Shown piece after piece: positions 13,758 to 26,195 of a stretch of DNA of 64,000 bases. The notes under the pieces are model-generated. The model searched no databases and was not told the origin of the DNA. It saw nothing but the letters and a program-made list of their open reading frames with translations. How positions within the stretch are numbered: the first letter of the stretch is position 1; every line of letters starts with the position of its first letter. Source of the DNA: Octopus vulgaris (Eukaryota); assembly GCA_951406725.2 (NCBI GenBank), contig OX597825.1, forward strand, positions 8,370,001 through 8,434,000, read 5' to 3'. Both the position numbers and the translations under genes were made by a program.

Positions 13758-14574
13758 TGTGTTTGTGTGCTTGCGTTGTGTGTGTGTGTGTGTGTAATTC
13801 ACGATGCGCAAACGGATATGCAGAAAATTCCATATCTGCAAAATTAACGTTAGCTAGGGCAAAGACGCTTAGGTACAGACACACATACGTTAATGTTTCG
13901 TATACACACACATCCACGCACGCATACATACATACGAACACATACACTCACACAGAATCGGATACCTGCATGCACACATGTATGCATATACGCACATGCA
14001 CACACACACACACACACACGCTAACGCAGGCATTCGCTGTTGGAGATATTTTCTCATTCCGCTAGAATCGAACATAGTGAGTGAGAAAAGTCGTTAGAGG
14101 GAAGAAGAAAAGATGAAAATAAACGTTGACTTATAGTAAAAGAGAAGTAGAAATTGAAAATATGATAGAGTGAAAGAATGTTACGCAGTGTATGGAAGAG
14201 TAAAATTTGGAAAAGCTAAATCTTGTGGCTCAACAACATCAAACAATATTAAGGAATATTACGAGGCGAAATAACTCCCACTGCTGTTGTAGTGAAGTCG
14301 TACTATATATAGCCCCGAACGTACACACTAGTATACATATGGCTCGTATTTGATGTGATTTGTATTACAACAGAGTATGTATAAAATATATTATAGCCTC
14401 TATGGCATCTAAAGAAATAACATTTCGTAAGTTCTTAGGTAGGTTCTTCAAAAACCTACTAACGTTTCTGTCGCCTGTTCAAACGATCGGTTTAAAAATT
14501 AACGAAACAAATATAAGTATGACGGCACACACACTGACTGGCTTTGTTTTATTGGACAGGTCACCATATATCTA

Positions 14575-14631
14575 AATACATATACACTCCCATATATATA
14601 TATATATATATACACATATATATATATATAT

Positions 14632-14685
<54 letters not shown>

Positions 14686-14761
14686 TACTTACATATACGT
14701 ATACATATATATTCATATATATATATGCATATATATGCACACGCCACCACATCTATATCTG

Positions 14762-14821
<60 letters not shown>

Positions 14822-14824
14822 GTA

Positions 14825-14855
<31 letters not shown>

Positions 14856-15006
14856 ATTTTTGTATATATGGCGAGGGGCATGGACATATAAATTAAAATA
14901 TAGATGAGAGATAATTGCTGAAAATATGTATAACAGAGTGGTAAAATTGGTTAAGTTGTGCATGTTGGAGACATAAAAGTATACACTCATGAATATAGCT
15001 CTCTCT

Positions 15007-15076
<70 letters not shown>

Positions 15077-15148
15077 TGAGAGATACATATGTATATATAT
15101 ATATATATACATACATATATATATAGAGACACACACACACACATGCAC

Positions 15149-15186
<38 letters not shown>

Positions 15187-15205
15187 GTATATATATATAT
15201 ATACA
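14575..15205. repeat. Cluster of (TA)n/(TG)n/(GA)n/(CA)n microsatellites
   Basis: Read directly. Confidence 0.9.
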
Positions 15206-16427
15206 CGATACTTACAGACACGTTTAGTTAGGCAACCGAAGAGAAAGAAGGAAAATGCGATATGTCAAATACATCGTTGGGATTATGGAGACAGATGGAT
15301 TACCAAAATTATTGCTTTTGTAATATATATGTAATCTTGTCAGAGAAACAGTGTTGAATACTTTGATGTATCTTACGCTAATAAATAACGTAACTTGAAC
15401 TGAGTTGTTTCTTTACTACAACTTCGAATCACCGATAATTATTATAATACATGATTATATTATTATAATACATTCATAAACACCCATGATCGTACGGCCA
15501 TATCTCTTTGACTGTTTTACAAAATATAGATCTAAATCGTGTTCTTGGCCGAGGAATAATAGTCAATATTTATGTGTTGCATAGGTATAATGGATAGCTG
15601 TGAATTACCAATATGACAATCATCATCAGTGAGGTGATAAAAGCATAATTATTATCTACTAGTAGTGAAACCTGTAATTTACTGGGTTCTGTTATGCGAA
15701 AACGTGTTTATTGGAAGTATATGCTTTTGTTTTAAATGTATTGTTTTAAATATATCTTACATAATACAGTTATCTGTTTAAACTAATATAACAATGCTGT
15801 GCATTTAACTGTATGTAATTTAAGCATTTTTAAAAGTATAATAATAATAATGATGATAATAGTAATAATAATAATGATTATAATAATGAATAATAATAAA
15901 TAATAATAATAAATATTATTATTGTTGTTGTTGTTGTTATTACTATTATTATCGGTATTATTATTACAATAATAATTTTATAAACTAAATATAAATAGCA
16001 TATACTAATACACATTTTTCAAAAATATATGTTAAGTCAAGGAAGAAAAGAATAATAATCAACACATTCGAAATATCCGTATATAAATATAGATATATGA
16101 ATATCCATATATATAGATCATATATCAATACATATATAAACATATGTATAAATATAGTACTGACTCTCTCAATAGCTTGGCTAAGAAGGTGAAATTGTAT
16201 CTGGGTTATACGATATGAAATGTTAGCTCATGGCGCTCTTCTAGGTTGATAATATGATAGGAAACTGGAAACGCTAAGGTATAATTTCATGAGAGCTTGC
16301 ATAATTATTATTTTCCGTCTTTTTATAAGGTGAGACATGCAAGTCAGGCTCAGTAATCCTGTTGAGATCGATAATTATAAATACCGCCGAATAGTGTGTG
16401 AATTTATATATATGTGTGTGTGTGTGA

Positions 16428-16472
<45 letters not shown>

Positions 16473-17865
16473 ACTGTGTGTGTTTAAACAGGTACACTGC
16501 CGATTACGACGATGTAGGTTCTAGTTGGTCCGATTCAACGGTGCACCTGAACGTGAAAGGAACGTGGAAGGGGATGAGCAGTCAATAGACAAGCGTATCT
16601 ATCTTTGTCGTAGTTCTCAGGGATACCTTATGGTATATACTATATACTACACAGAACAAATGCGAGCAAGAAAGATAATATTCTTAAGATTATTACCTTG
16701 GAAAAGATCAAGAGAAGTTATTACATCAAGAAAATTTCGAGAACAAGAAAAATTTTCCCTAAAATATTGCGGCTAAGGATAAAAAAGAGGTTTCTTCCAA
16801 CCGTTTATTAAAGACATTTTAAGGAATATATTTATAAGAAAGGCAATTTAGAGGATGAGGTTTTGTTTCTAAATGCATTACTTGTAATAAAATATAACAG
16901 TTGATTTTAAATTATTTAGCAGTCACTTCCTGCGTTCTTTATTTTCTACTTGTTTCTCAATAATGATATCGGGTACATAATATGCTATGTTAGAGCTTCC
17001 ATAGTTAAAAACTGAAAATATTTGTAAAATATTATGTAGAATGAAAATAGAGTTGGCTAATATCTGTATGTATGTCTAAACGTATGTATGTATGTGTGTA
17101 AGCATTATGCATGCATGTATGTATATACGCGTCTGAGCTTTGATGATTAATATTTCATAATGTAGCAATGTGATATAATCTGTTCTTGTAAACGCAGATG
17201 AACTGACGGGAGAGTTTAATGTGTTTACGACTGATGTGACGGTTTGTATAAGCTAGTTTCCAACTTTCATAATTATATCGAAATATATACGTATAACACT
17301 TGAGTATTTTCTTATATAATCTAAGTTTCAGTTTATGTTTAATGATGTTTCATTCTGTGTCCCTGAGACTGTTTTAGTGGCGGTTTCATCCACAGTTACC
17401 ATAGTGGACTTAATTGAAGAGTATCGGATTACAATTTTTTATTGTGTATGTTTGTGCGGATGAGTGTGTCACACTCTGCTTATCTATACTGATACGAGTA
17501 GCAGTTACTTACAGATGGTCGTATTACGAGCTAATTATATAATCAAAACTACAAATTTCAAATAATTGAAACTGAAGAGCAGACATACGGTAAGAATTGA
17601 TTCCATCGATCTTCTTCCCCCGAAGCACGAAATGCCTTAAAAACAGCACGCCAGAAGCCTGCAAAATCCACAGAGTATTTTGGAAAACTATTGTTATATA
17701 TCAATGCTTATGAAAATATGAAGTTTGACGTATTCTTGACACAAACAAGTACATTGGATAAATAATTTCCAAATGGAGAATTCTTTCTTGTCATTTACAT
17801 TAATGATGTTGAAGCATTCCATGGATTACGCCCTCGCCCACGAGGGTTACAGCTGTTCCGATCAT

Positions 17866-18122
17866 GGGAAGAGCCTGCTCGTGAAATTAACGTGTAAGCG
17901 GCTGAGCACACTCCAGGCACTTATACCCTTAATTTAGTCCTGGGCGAGATTCAGCGTGACACAATGTGTAACAAGGCTGGCCCTTTGTATTACAGGTACA
18001 ATAGAAACAGGAAGAAAGAGTGAGAAAAAGTTGCCGGAGCCTCGTGGGGCTTTAAGTGTTTTCTCACGATAAACACTCAAAACACCCAGTGTGGGAATCG
18101 AATCCGCGAGTCCGCAGCACCT
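17866..18122 (-). mobile_element. tRNA-derived SINE, family C variant
   Basis: Minus-strand B-box-like GGATTCGATTCCC near 18095-18107; the 3' part (GCTCGTGAAATTAACGTG..GAGATTCAGCGTGACACA on +) is shared with 58261-58520. Confidence 0.75.
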
Positions 18123-18419
18123 CCACATATCAATTATAATAAGATAAAGAATGGTACACGAAAGTAAGATAAGAAAATCTTTCTGAAAACACAATCTCAT
18201 TTTATTTCGAATTCAACAAATATAATAATGCTAACCACGAAAATTATCCTTGCGTCACAAGGCAAAAATCAATGAACACACAAATGATTTTACAATAGTT
18301 ACATATTGATCTCATGTAATTTGAACCAATTTACTTTCAAAAAGAGAATGCGCACAAAGAAACACATTCACTTCCGTCTAATTAGTAATTCCGTCCAGAA
18401 CATAATACAAAAGACTAAG

Positions 18420-19000
18420 GGGTAATTGTTGTCACCAGTCTCAGCGGGAGTGTTCACAACAAGAATGAAATCGATATGGCTCGCAGGATGTGATCCTGTA
18501 TTCTCAGTACTTTTCAGTCCATAGGGAAATATGTCATCATTTCACATTTATCCTTTTTTGTATAGCCACATCTGGTCTCACCACACCAAACAAATCATTA
18601 CGAGAACTGAGTTACCCCAGAGAGCAACCACTTAAAATATAAAAGGGATGGCTGATCTTAATTATTGGGATCTCCTCAAAACATTGACAATTTTACTTTG
18701 CAACGCTGCAAAAAGTATCTAATCTACCACAATTATTGCCGAAATTATTTTACCATCAAATTCAGAATTCATTCAAAGTTGGGTCCACTCACCATACACC
18801 TCTACACAATTCAGGCTGGAAACATGTAAATGCACTGCAACGCAATTTCCTTTCCTCCACAAGTCCTGCTCTGTGTAACATTATCCCAGGAAAAAAACAG
18901 AGATTCCGCCACTTTCAAAGCAATACCTGGGCAGATTTCTTCAAACGATACCAGATGAGGCAACACTAAAAGAATACATCTCAGTTGAGAACTTGGTTCT
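18420..19000 (+). pseudogene. Decayed CR1-type LINE reverse transcriptase C-terminal region
   Basis: Across frameshifts reads ARRM*SCILSTF, ELPQRATT*NIKGMADLNYWDLLKTL, NFLSSTSPALCNIIP and ..PDE, matching the CR1-clade C-terminal motifs QRxFTxxIxGxxxLxYWERL, GPxLFNxLP and FLxxIPDEP. Confidence 0.75.
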
Positions 19001-20327
19001 TGATTGTGCCATGATACTACAAAATTTGACTTTAACATGACGTGTCATTAAGTTCAACATGCTCTGGGCTAATCTTTGTCTTAAACATGTTGGTGTCATT
19101 ACGATAGACATGACCTGGGTTAATCTTTGGCCATTAAACATCCGAGTTTTATTTAAGATTTAATGCAAACAGATGTTGCATGATATCGAAGGGAAGTTAA
19201 ATGCTGCATAATTTGATAACGAGGAATTCCTAACTTCCTGGAAAAGTGGTAGGAATATTTCTGGTACGTTCCGAGGAATTCCTGCAAATTTCCGAGTACA
19301 TCCGAGGATTTCCTGGAAAGTTTCGAGCAAATTTACTGTGAATTTGTTGTTATAGGTAGATTTTACTATAATATATGACTAATTTTTGTCTTATTCTATA
19401 CTATTTTTATAACCTATTTTCAAATTTGTAATTATTGATTAATAATTAAAAGATGATTTTTTTTTAAAGTAAAAAAACTATTTTAATCGAGTTATTTTCA
19501 ATTTATCATGAGTGACAAGTAAAACAAATAGAAGTAATAACTTATAATAACATTTTTAATTTTAATAAAAATTAATATTTTATAAATCTAAATATTTTAC
19601 TTGAAATTTTATCCTTAGCCGCAATATTTTAAGGAAAATTTCTCTTGTTCTCTACTTTACTAGATGTAATAACTTGTTCTGATCTTTTCCAAGGTTATAA
19701 TCTTAAGAATATTATCTTTCTTGCTCGCATTTGTTCCATGTAGGATATAATATATACCAAAATGTATGTTTAAATGGTGGTCAACGTCTCATCCGATTAT
19801 TTCGTAATAAAGAATTATATCTCTAAATTACTATACACTCTTTGACATAGTCTACACAATGACACACACACATGCGCAGGCGCATATTCTTATATTTATG
19901 AATGGTTCTCTGTGTGTGTCTCTGTTGTATTTCCTTTGATAATCGGCAAATTAGGATCCTCTGTGTTGTGTACAGTAGCTATAAGCTGCAATGAACTGAG
20001 ACTACATCATGTATGAATCAATAACCAACAACATCGCCACAAGCTTTTCTAAATTTAACAATTGTTTAATTCTATAAGTATTGAACTTTCGATAGTTTTG
20101 ATGTTTTTTCAAGACGTGGAGAGAAAGTTGATATCTTTAAGTTTTGAAAATGTTTTCAGGTGGATTAATTTCAGCGAAGTTTCCTATTTGAACCAGTCAT
20201 GAAGATATATCCACATACAAACTTATTCATTACTTTTACATTCATTGAATTTAGGCCGCGTTGGTACATCTTCATACCGCACATCATGATACAAAAATGT
20301 ACACACACACTCATATATATATATATA

Positions 20328-20543
20328 CGAGGCTGAGGCTGGAAACTACCTGGCTCTAAGTTTATCGTGAAAGGCCTGGCTGGAGGCCCAACTTTCCTAG
20401 TTATATTACAGGGCTAAGAAATACTGAAGGATCACTGCAATAAGTGTATTTATCTGAGATGAGGATATCTTGAACAAAATTATAATTAACTAATCCTCCT
20501 CTGTTTTCTTCTACCCAAAGCCAGGAAGTTTCCACCCCACTCG
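20328..20543 (+). mobile_element. Mariner-derived MITE
   Basis: TA|CGAGGCTGAGGCTGGAAACTACCTGGCT ... AGCCAGGAAGTTTCCACCCCACTCG|TA imperfect TIRs with TA flanks; interior reads CNKCIYLR*GYLE, like the mariner C-terminal WxKCIxxxGxYxE. Confidence 0.8.
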
Positions 20544-20575
20544 TATATCTATATCTGTCTATCAATCTCTACTTC

Positions 20576-20624
<49 letters not shown>

Positions 20625-20654
20625 GTATGTATACATAAGTATAAAAGATCGTGG

Positions 20655-20761
20655 GTAAGGCCAAAAGAATGCGAAGTAAATGCAAGGTAAGTCTACATCA
20701 ATTCATATATTTGTTTTCTTGTTGTTTACCTTGTATTTACTTCGCATTGTTTTGGCCTTAC
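20655..20761. repeat. Short inverted repeat, ~36-bp arms
   Basis: GTAAGGCCAAAAGAATGCGAAGTAAATGCAAGGTAA pairs with TTACCTTGTATTTACTTCGCATTGTTTTGGCCTTAC with two mismatches. Confidence 0.85.
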
Positions 20762-20819
20762 ACCTGATTTATCAAACAATATATACTACACAATGTTTCA
20801 CAATAATTATTCCATTATA

Positions 20820-20985
<166 letters not shown>

Positions 20986-20990
20986 AGGCA

Positions 20991-21150
20991 CAACTGGCCT
21001 CTACACATTTTCTATCTGCTGAATTCACCGACGAAATCTTTTGGGAGCCTTAAGTAGAAGACACATGCCTAAGATGTTGCACAGTTGGATTGAACTATAA
21101 CTTCATGTTTGCCAACCAGCTTTCTTAACTACACTGGAATAGCTGTGCCT
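20991..21150 (-). mobile_element. SINE family A, diverged 5' half
   Basis: Minus strand AGGCACAGCTATTCCAGTGTAGTTAAGAAAGCT...CATCTTAGGCATGTGTCTTCTACT matches the family A head, ending at the microsatellite. Confidence 0.55.
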
Positions 21151-21943
21151 CGAAACTTCTAAACAAACGATTTCTCTTTCAATACATACTGAAATGTCCT
21201 TTGGGAAATTTTGCAATTTGTAGATATGAGTAATTTAGATTCACTTTCCCCAAGATATCAATTTGGTATAGAGAAAAACGCGGGCTTTACAATATTCACC
21301 ATCTGGTACCATACTTCGTATACATCCATAACTTATTCAAATATGACAAAGCTGCAAACTCTGTTCAGTCTTAGGTCAAAGTATCTCGGATATTGGGAGG
21401 GAATCTATCGAAGCTCAAGCTAGTGAAACTTCAGCATGTATCCGTATTTTTCACTTGATATACATCATGAAATACTCTTTCACAGGAAGCAATCAGCTAT
21501 AAACATATACTGTAAATAAGAGACTACCGGTTAACGGCCTATTTCTAAATGTATACATCGTCTTTCCAATGCGGAACAAAATATACAGTGTAATCTCTCT
21601 ACATCATTTCATATATATATGTTATTAAAAGCCCGATATATTGTTATGGTGTTAACGCTATTCTGATGTAGCAGCGACAAATTTTGTTTGGTTTTCTTCT
21701 CTGCATCCGTTTTCATTTCATGTCGTTCGTTTGTTGTCATTTTGTTGGAAGATATTCAGTTTTAATATCAGGTGCTATATCCGTTTCATGTTTGTGTTTT
21801 TATAATGTCGATCTTGGTGAATTTATTACCGATCTCTCGTTTATTTCCCCACCGCAATCATAAAAAGAGCAAAATCGATAGGATGTTAATTGGTTTTCAT
21901 TGACGAACGTTGAAAATACTTAGGACATTTAATAATTATAAAA

Positions 21944-22173
21944 GTACTACTAATACTACTACTATTATTATTACTACTAATACAACTACTACTACAACAA
22001 CTACTACCATTACTACTACTACTACTAATACTACAACTACTACTACTACTACTACTACTGCTACCACTTCTACTTCTACTACTACTACTGCTACGACTAC
22101 CATCACCACCACCACTACCACCATCAGCACTACTACTGATGATGATGATGGTAGTAATAACAATAATAATAAT
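21944..22173. repeat. (ACT)n/(ACC)n/(GAT)n trinucleotide tract
   Basis: Read directly; source of the poly-T/S/V ORFs. Confidence 0.9.
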
Positions 22174-22180
22174 CCTCTCT

Positions 22181-22362
22181 TCTATAGATACAAGGCCTAA
22201 AATTTGTTGGGAGATCACAGTGTTTCACTGGTACTTCATTCGTCGACCCGAGAGGATGAGCGGCAAAGTCGACCACCGCGGAACTTGAACTCAGAACGCA
22301 GTGACAAGCGAAATACTGCTAAAGAACTTTGTCCTGCGTGCTAACGATTCTGCCAGCTCACC
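22181..22362 (-). mobile_element. SINE family B, left arm of an inverted pair
   Basis: Family B homology; close to the reverse complement of 22706-22845. Confidence 0.85.
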
Positions 22363-22392
22363 TTATTATTATTTTTATTATTATTATTATTA

Positions 22393-22430
<38 letters not shown>

Positions 22431-22436
22431 AATATG

Positions 22437-22505
<69 letters not shown>

Positions 22506-22616
22506 ATGATTATCATTATTATTAATATGATTATTATTATTATTAATATGATTATTATTATTATTAATATGATTATCATTATTATTATTAATATGATTAT
22601 TATTATTATTAATATG

Positions 22617-22675
<59 letters not shown>

Positions 22676-22705
22676 TATAATTATTACTATTAATAATAAT
22701 AATAA
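22363..22705. repeat. (ATT)n microsatellite with recurring TTAATATGATTA interruptions
   Basis: Read directly. Confidence 0.95.
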
Positions 22706-22890
22706 GGTGAGCTGGCAAAATCGCTAGCACGCAGGACGTAGTTCTTAGCGGTATTTCGCTTGTCACTGCGTTCTGAGTTCAAGTTCCGTGGTGGTCGAGA
22801 TTGCCGCTCATCCTCACGGGTCGATGAATTAAGTACCAGGAAAGCCCTGTGCTCAATGTGATCAACATACCCTCACCCAAACAAATTTAA
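22706..22890 (+). mobile_element. SINE family B, right arm of an inverted pair
   Basis: GGTGAGCTGGCAAAATCGCTAGCACG...GGGTCGATGAATTAAGTACCAG. Confidence 0.85.
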
Positions 22891-23163
22891 ATATATTTAT
22901 TTATATATTTATATATGAAATCATATGATCTGCAGTGAATCTGTTTTTAAAAGGCTCGCTTCGAGAGTTGCATTCCATCGCGTTCGCTACAGTGAGTTTA
23001 TTATGATAGTCTTGAATTTAAGAGTCCCTCCTAGCATGATGCATTCATATATAGTAATGGCCTTAATATAAATAAATATATTTAAAGGCAATAATTAATA
23101 AATGTTTCCCTTATGAAGTTTTTCACGCTAACTACTTCAACTTCATCATTTTTTATAAAGATC

Positions 23164-23251
<88 letters not shown>

Positions 23252-23959
23252 TTATAGGAGAATAACACATGACTAATGTTAATATTAGTGATAGTATTAG
23301 TATTTTACTATGAGCACACTTGACGGGCACGATTCACCTAACATTTAGAGGACTTTTCCGTAATGATTCCAAGTGGAAAATGTTCCAGTGAACCTAGGAA
23401 TATGATTGGGATTTTAATTTGTTTATATTTTTGTTTATTTAATTGGGAAATAGTTTCTCATGGGTAAATAACTGAACATTTGTTTTCAACCATTCTCACA
23501 CAAAAGAAATTATTCTGTGTCAAAGTCTGAGCCGAAAGGTAACGGACCGCACCTAATATGTTTTAACAATCAGTAATTAGAGATTAAATAACACGATAAT
23601 TAACTCCGCAGCTGGGTATACTTATTTGGGAAGAAATAAATATTGAAAACATGAACAATTTAAATGATGAGATTAATAATAACAACATAAATATCAGTAA
23701 TTGGACACACATCATGAAGCTCAGTAATGAATGAAGAGTTCAATGGAAAAGTAATTTTATTCGCAAAGAGAATTAACTGGCTAGAAATAGGTTTCTTCTC
23801 TTTTTTTCTTTTTTGTTTGGTCTACAACGACGGAAGCTGCATTCTATAAATATTTATAAATGCGGGGCGTACGGGTTTCTGGGAACCGCTAACCCTTGTG
23901 ACAAATACAGGAAGACCGATAGTGTTTCACGATTCTGCCGGTGTAACAATGGAACAGTA

Positions 23960-23986
23960 TAATAATAATAATAATAATACTGATGA

Positions 23987-24020
<34 letters not shown>

Positions 24021-24078
24021 GGTGGTGGTGATGATGATGATGACGATGATGATGATGATGATGATGATAATAATAATC

Positions 24079-24128
<50 letters not shown>

Positions 24129-24254
24129 AAGGAATGAGAACCCAGGTTCGAAATTTGCCCAAAACGCCTGATGAAGGCTAGTGGGTATATCAGCGCAAAC
24201 GTTGTGTTAACAACAAACAAGATGACAAAAATCCGTCAAATGTAAATAATGTAA
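23960..24254 (+). mobile_element. Family E (hammerhead-tailed element), copy lacking the tRNA head
   Basis: (AAT)/(GAT)/(GGT) tract followed by AGGAATGAGAACCCAGGTTCGAAATTT..CCTGATGAAGGCT..AAACGTTGTGTTAACAACAAACAAGATGA..ATCCGTCAAATGTAAATAATGTAA, homologous to 37085-37225. Confidence 0.85.
24163..24208 (+). ncRNA. Degenerate minimal hammerhead motif (family E)
   Basis: AACGC-CTGATGA-A-GGCTA(GTGGGTATAT)CAGCG-CAAA-CGTT-GTGTT; GAAA is mutated but the palindromic AACGTT is kept. Confidence 0.55.
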
Positions 24255-26090
24255 AATATAACTAATCGTGTAAAAGATCGATACGTCGATTATTTTGGTG
24301 TTAAATTCGATAATGAAGACAAATATTGGGTTTCACACAATGTTTGTCGCACTTGTGTGGAGGAGCTGAGAATCTGCAAAGCCGGTATGAAAAGAGAAAT
24401 GCTCTTTGGAATACAAATGGTCTGGCGAGAGTCGAGTAACCACGTTGACGATTGTTATTTCTGCACTACTAAAGTCGATTGGTGCAATGCAAAAAATAAA
24501 CATAAGTCAGTCATCATAGTATTCCCTCGGCTATACAGCATATTTCACATGGAGTTTATATTCCATTTCCTCTTGCAGCACTTGTTTTGAAGAATGTTAT
24601 ATCAGATTGCAATGAAGAAGACAAATGCGAAGAAGAATGTGATGATTACTCTCCTGACAAATCGAAATTCCGCAGTTATTTGCACAGAAGGGGCGCAATG
24701 ATTTGGTGAGAGTTTTGAACCTACCAGAGAATGTAGCGGAACATCTTGGTTCTAGGCTTAAAATGAAAAAGGTTTTGTTACCGGGATCGTGGTATCGTCA
24801 CAGGAAAGACGAGTCGTTACCATTCCTTGCTGAGGATGAATCAATGGGGTGCTGCTTTAATATTCCAAACCTGTTAAACTATTTGGAGATCGAGAGAAAT
24901 CATTCAGAATTGAAACCGTTTATTTATTCTTCCAAAAGGAGTTTGAAGGCTGTCTTGCTACACAATGCAAATAAGTATTCACCCATTCCAATGAGACATT
25001 CTATACAACTAGAGGAGACGTATAAATATAAATTATGTAGAATACTACAGGCAAGTGTGTGGAGATTTCAAAATTATAGTCATTCGTTAACGCTAGCAGG
25101 CAGGCTACACAAACATTCCATGTTTCGTATGTAAATGGAACACAGAGCTATAGAAAAGCATTAGATAGATAAAAACTGGTCACAAAGGAGACGTTGGTTA
25201 CCTGGATTCAAATTATTTGGTACGAACCCTTGATTGAACCTACAAAAGTACTGCTACTACCTTCGTGCATCAAACTGCTTTTGATAAAGCAGTTCGTTAA
25301 ATCTTCGCCTGCAGATGGGCCGCAGTTTGCAGTATTTCTGAGAAAAATATCTAAATATAACCAGTCAGAAAATAAAAGTAGGACTATTTGTTGGTCTTGA
25401 CATTCGTAAACTAACGAAAGACCCATGAATGAATCTCAAAAATATACATAGATGAGCTTTAGGTGTATTGTCGGGAAAACTTTGAGAACCAATATGTGTT
25501 CAAATTACGAAATCATAGTTAATAATATGCTGTAAAACTTCAAAATGCTTGCGTGCAACATGAGTGTTAAAATGCTCTTTCTCCACTCACACCTTGAATA
25601 TTTCCCGAAGAATCTTGGCAATTTCATTGAAGAGCATGGTGAGAAATTTCACCAGGATATTAAAGAAATGGAGCGGAGCTACCAGGGGAGATGGAATGTA
25701 AACATGATGGCGGATTACACCTGGACTCTAAAGTGAATGCATGCAGCAACCAAAAGCAGGAAGGAAATCGCAGAAAAGGAAATTTTAAAAGGTATAAAAC
25801 TACTTTAAAACCATGGTAAGTGCATTAGAAATACATATTTAGTCAATATGGAAACCTACATACATTTTTCATATTATTTCTATTATTGTTCTACTCGTTT
25901 GTTCTTGATTTCATCTTACTTTTATCTAAGAATCCGCCAGAAAACGGAATGACTGACAAGAAAAATCCTCATATTTGTGCAAAATCTGTACGTGATAGGC
26001 AAAAACTTAAAACATTTGAATTCATCATTAAAACATTATTCAGAATTGCCAATAAGTAGACAATCATCATTCATATCATTTAAAATGGTA
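24255..26090 (+). mobile_element. Decayed Chapaev3-type (CMC superfamily) DNA transposon with frameshifted transposase
   Basis: NITNRVKDRYVDYFGVKFDNEDKYWVSHNVCRTCVEELR..MVWRESSNHVDDCYFC, AEHLGSRLK, FIYSSKRSLKAVLLHN, IKLLLIKQFVK, MSVKMLFLHSHLEYFPKNLG..EEHGEKFHQDIKEMERSYQGRWNVNMMADY (stop at 25736); several stops and frameshifts. Confidence 0.85.
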
Positions 26091-26134
26091 GAAATGTCTA
26101 ATCAAATTCCTGGTTTGGAACTAAGACTACGTTA

Positions 26135-26195
26135 AAGGTTTGCGAGTCTGTAGAGTGCTCAACCACATGCACCTTAATTTCACGAATAAACTGGA
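26135..26195 (+). mobile_element. SINE family C 3' fragment
   Basis: GTCTGTAGAGTGCTCAACCACATGCACCTTAATTTCACGA matches the family C tail. Confidence 0.5.

Larger units (their letters stand above)
16623..19767. mobile_element. ~3.1 kb putative DNA transposon remnant with ~150-bp terminal inverted repeats, carrying nested SINE and LINE fragments
   Basis: 16631-16783 (TGGTATATAC..GAACAAATGCGAGCAAGAAAGATAATATTCTTAAGATTAT..AAAATATTGCGGCTAAGGATAAAA) is the reverse complement of 19607-19759; no TSD or transposase recognised. Confidence 0.65.
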
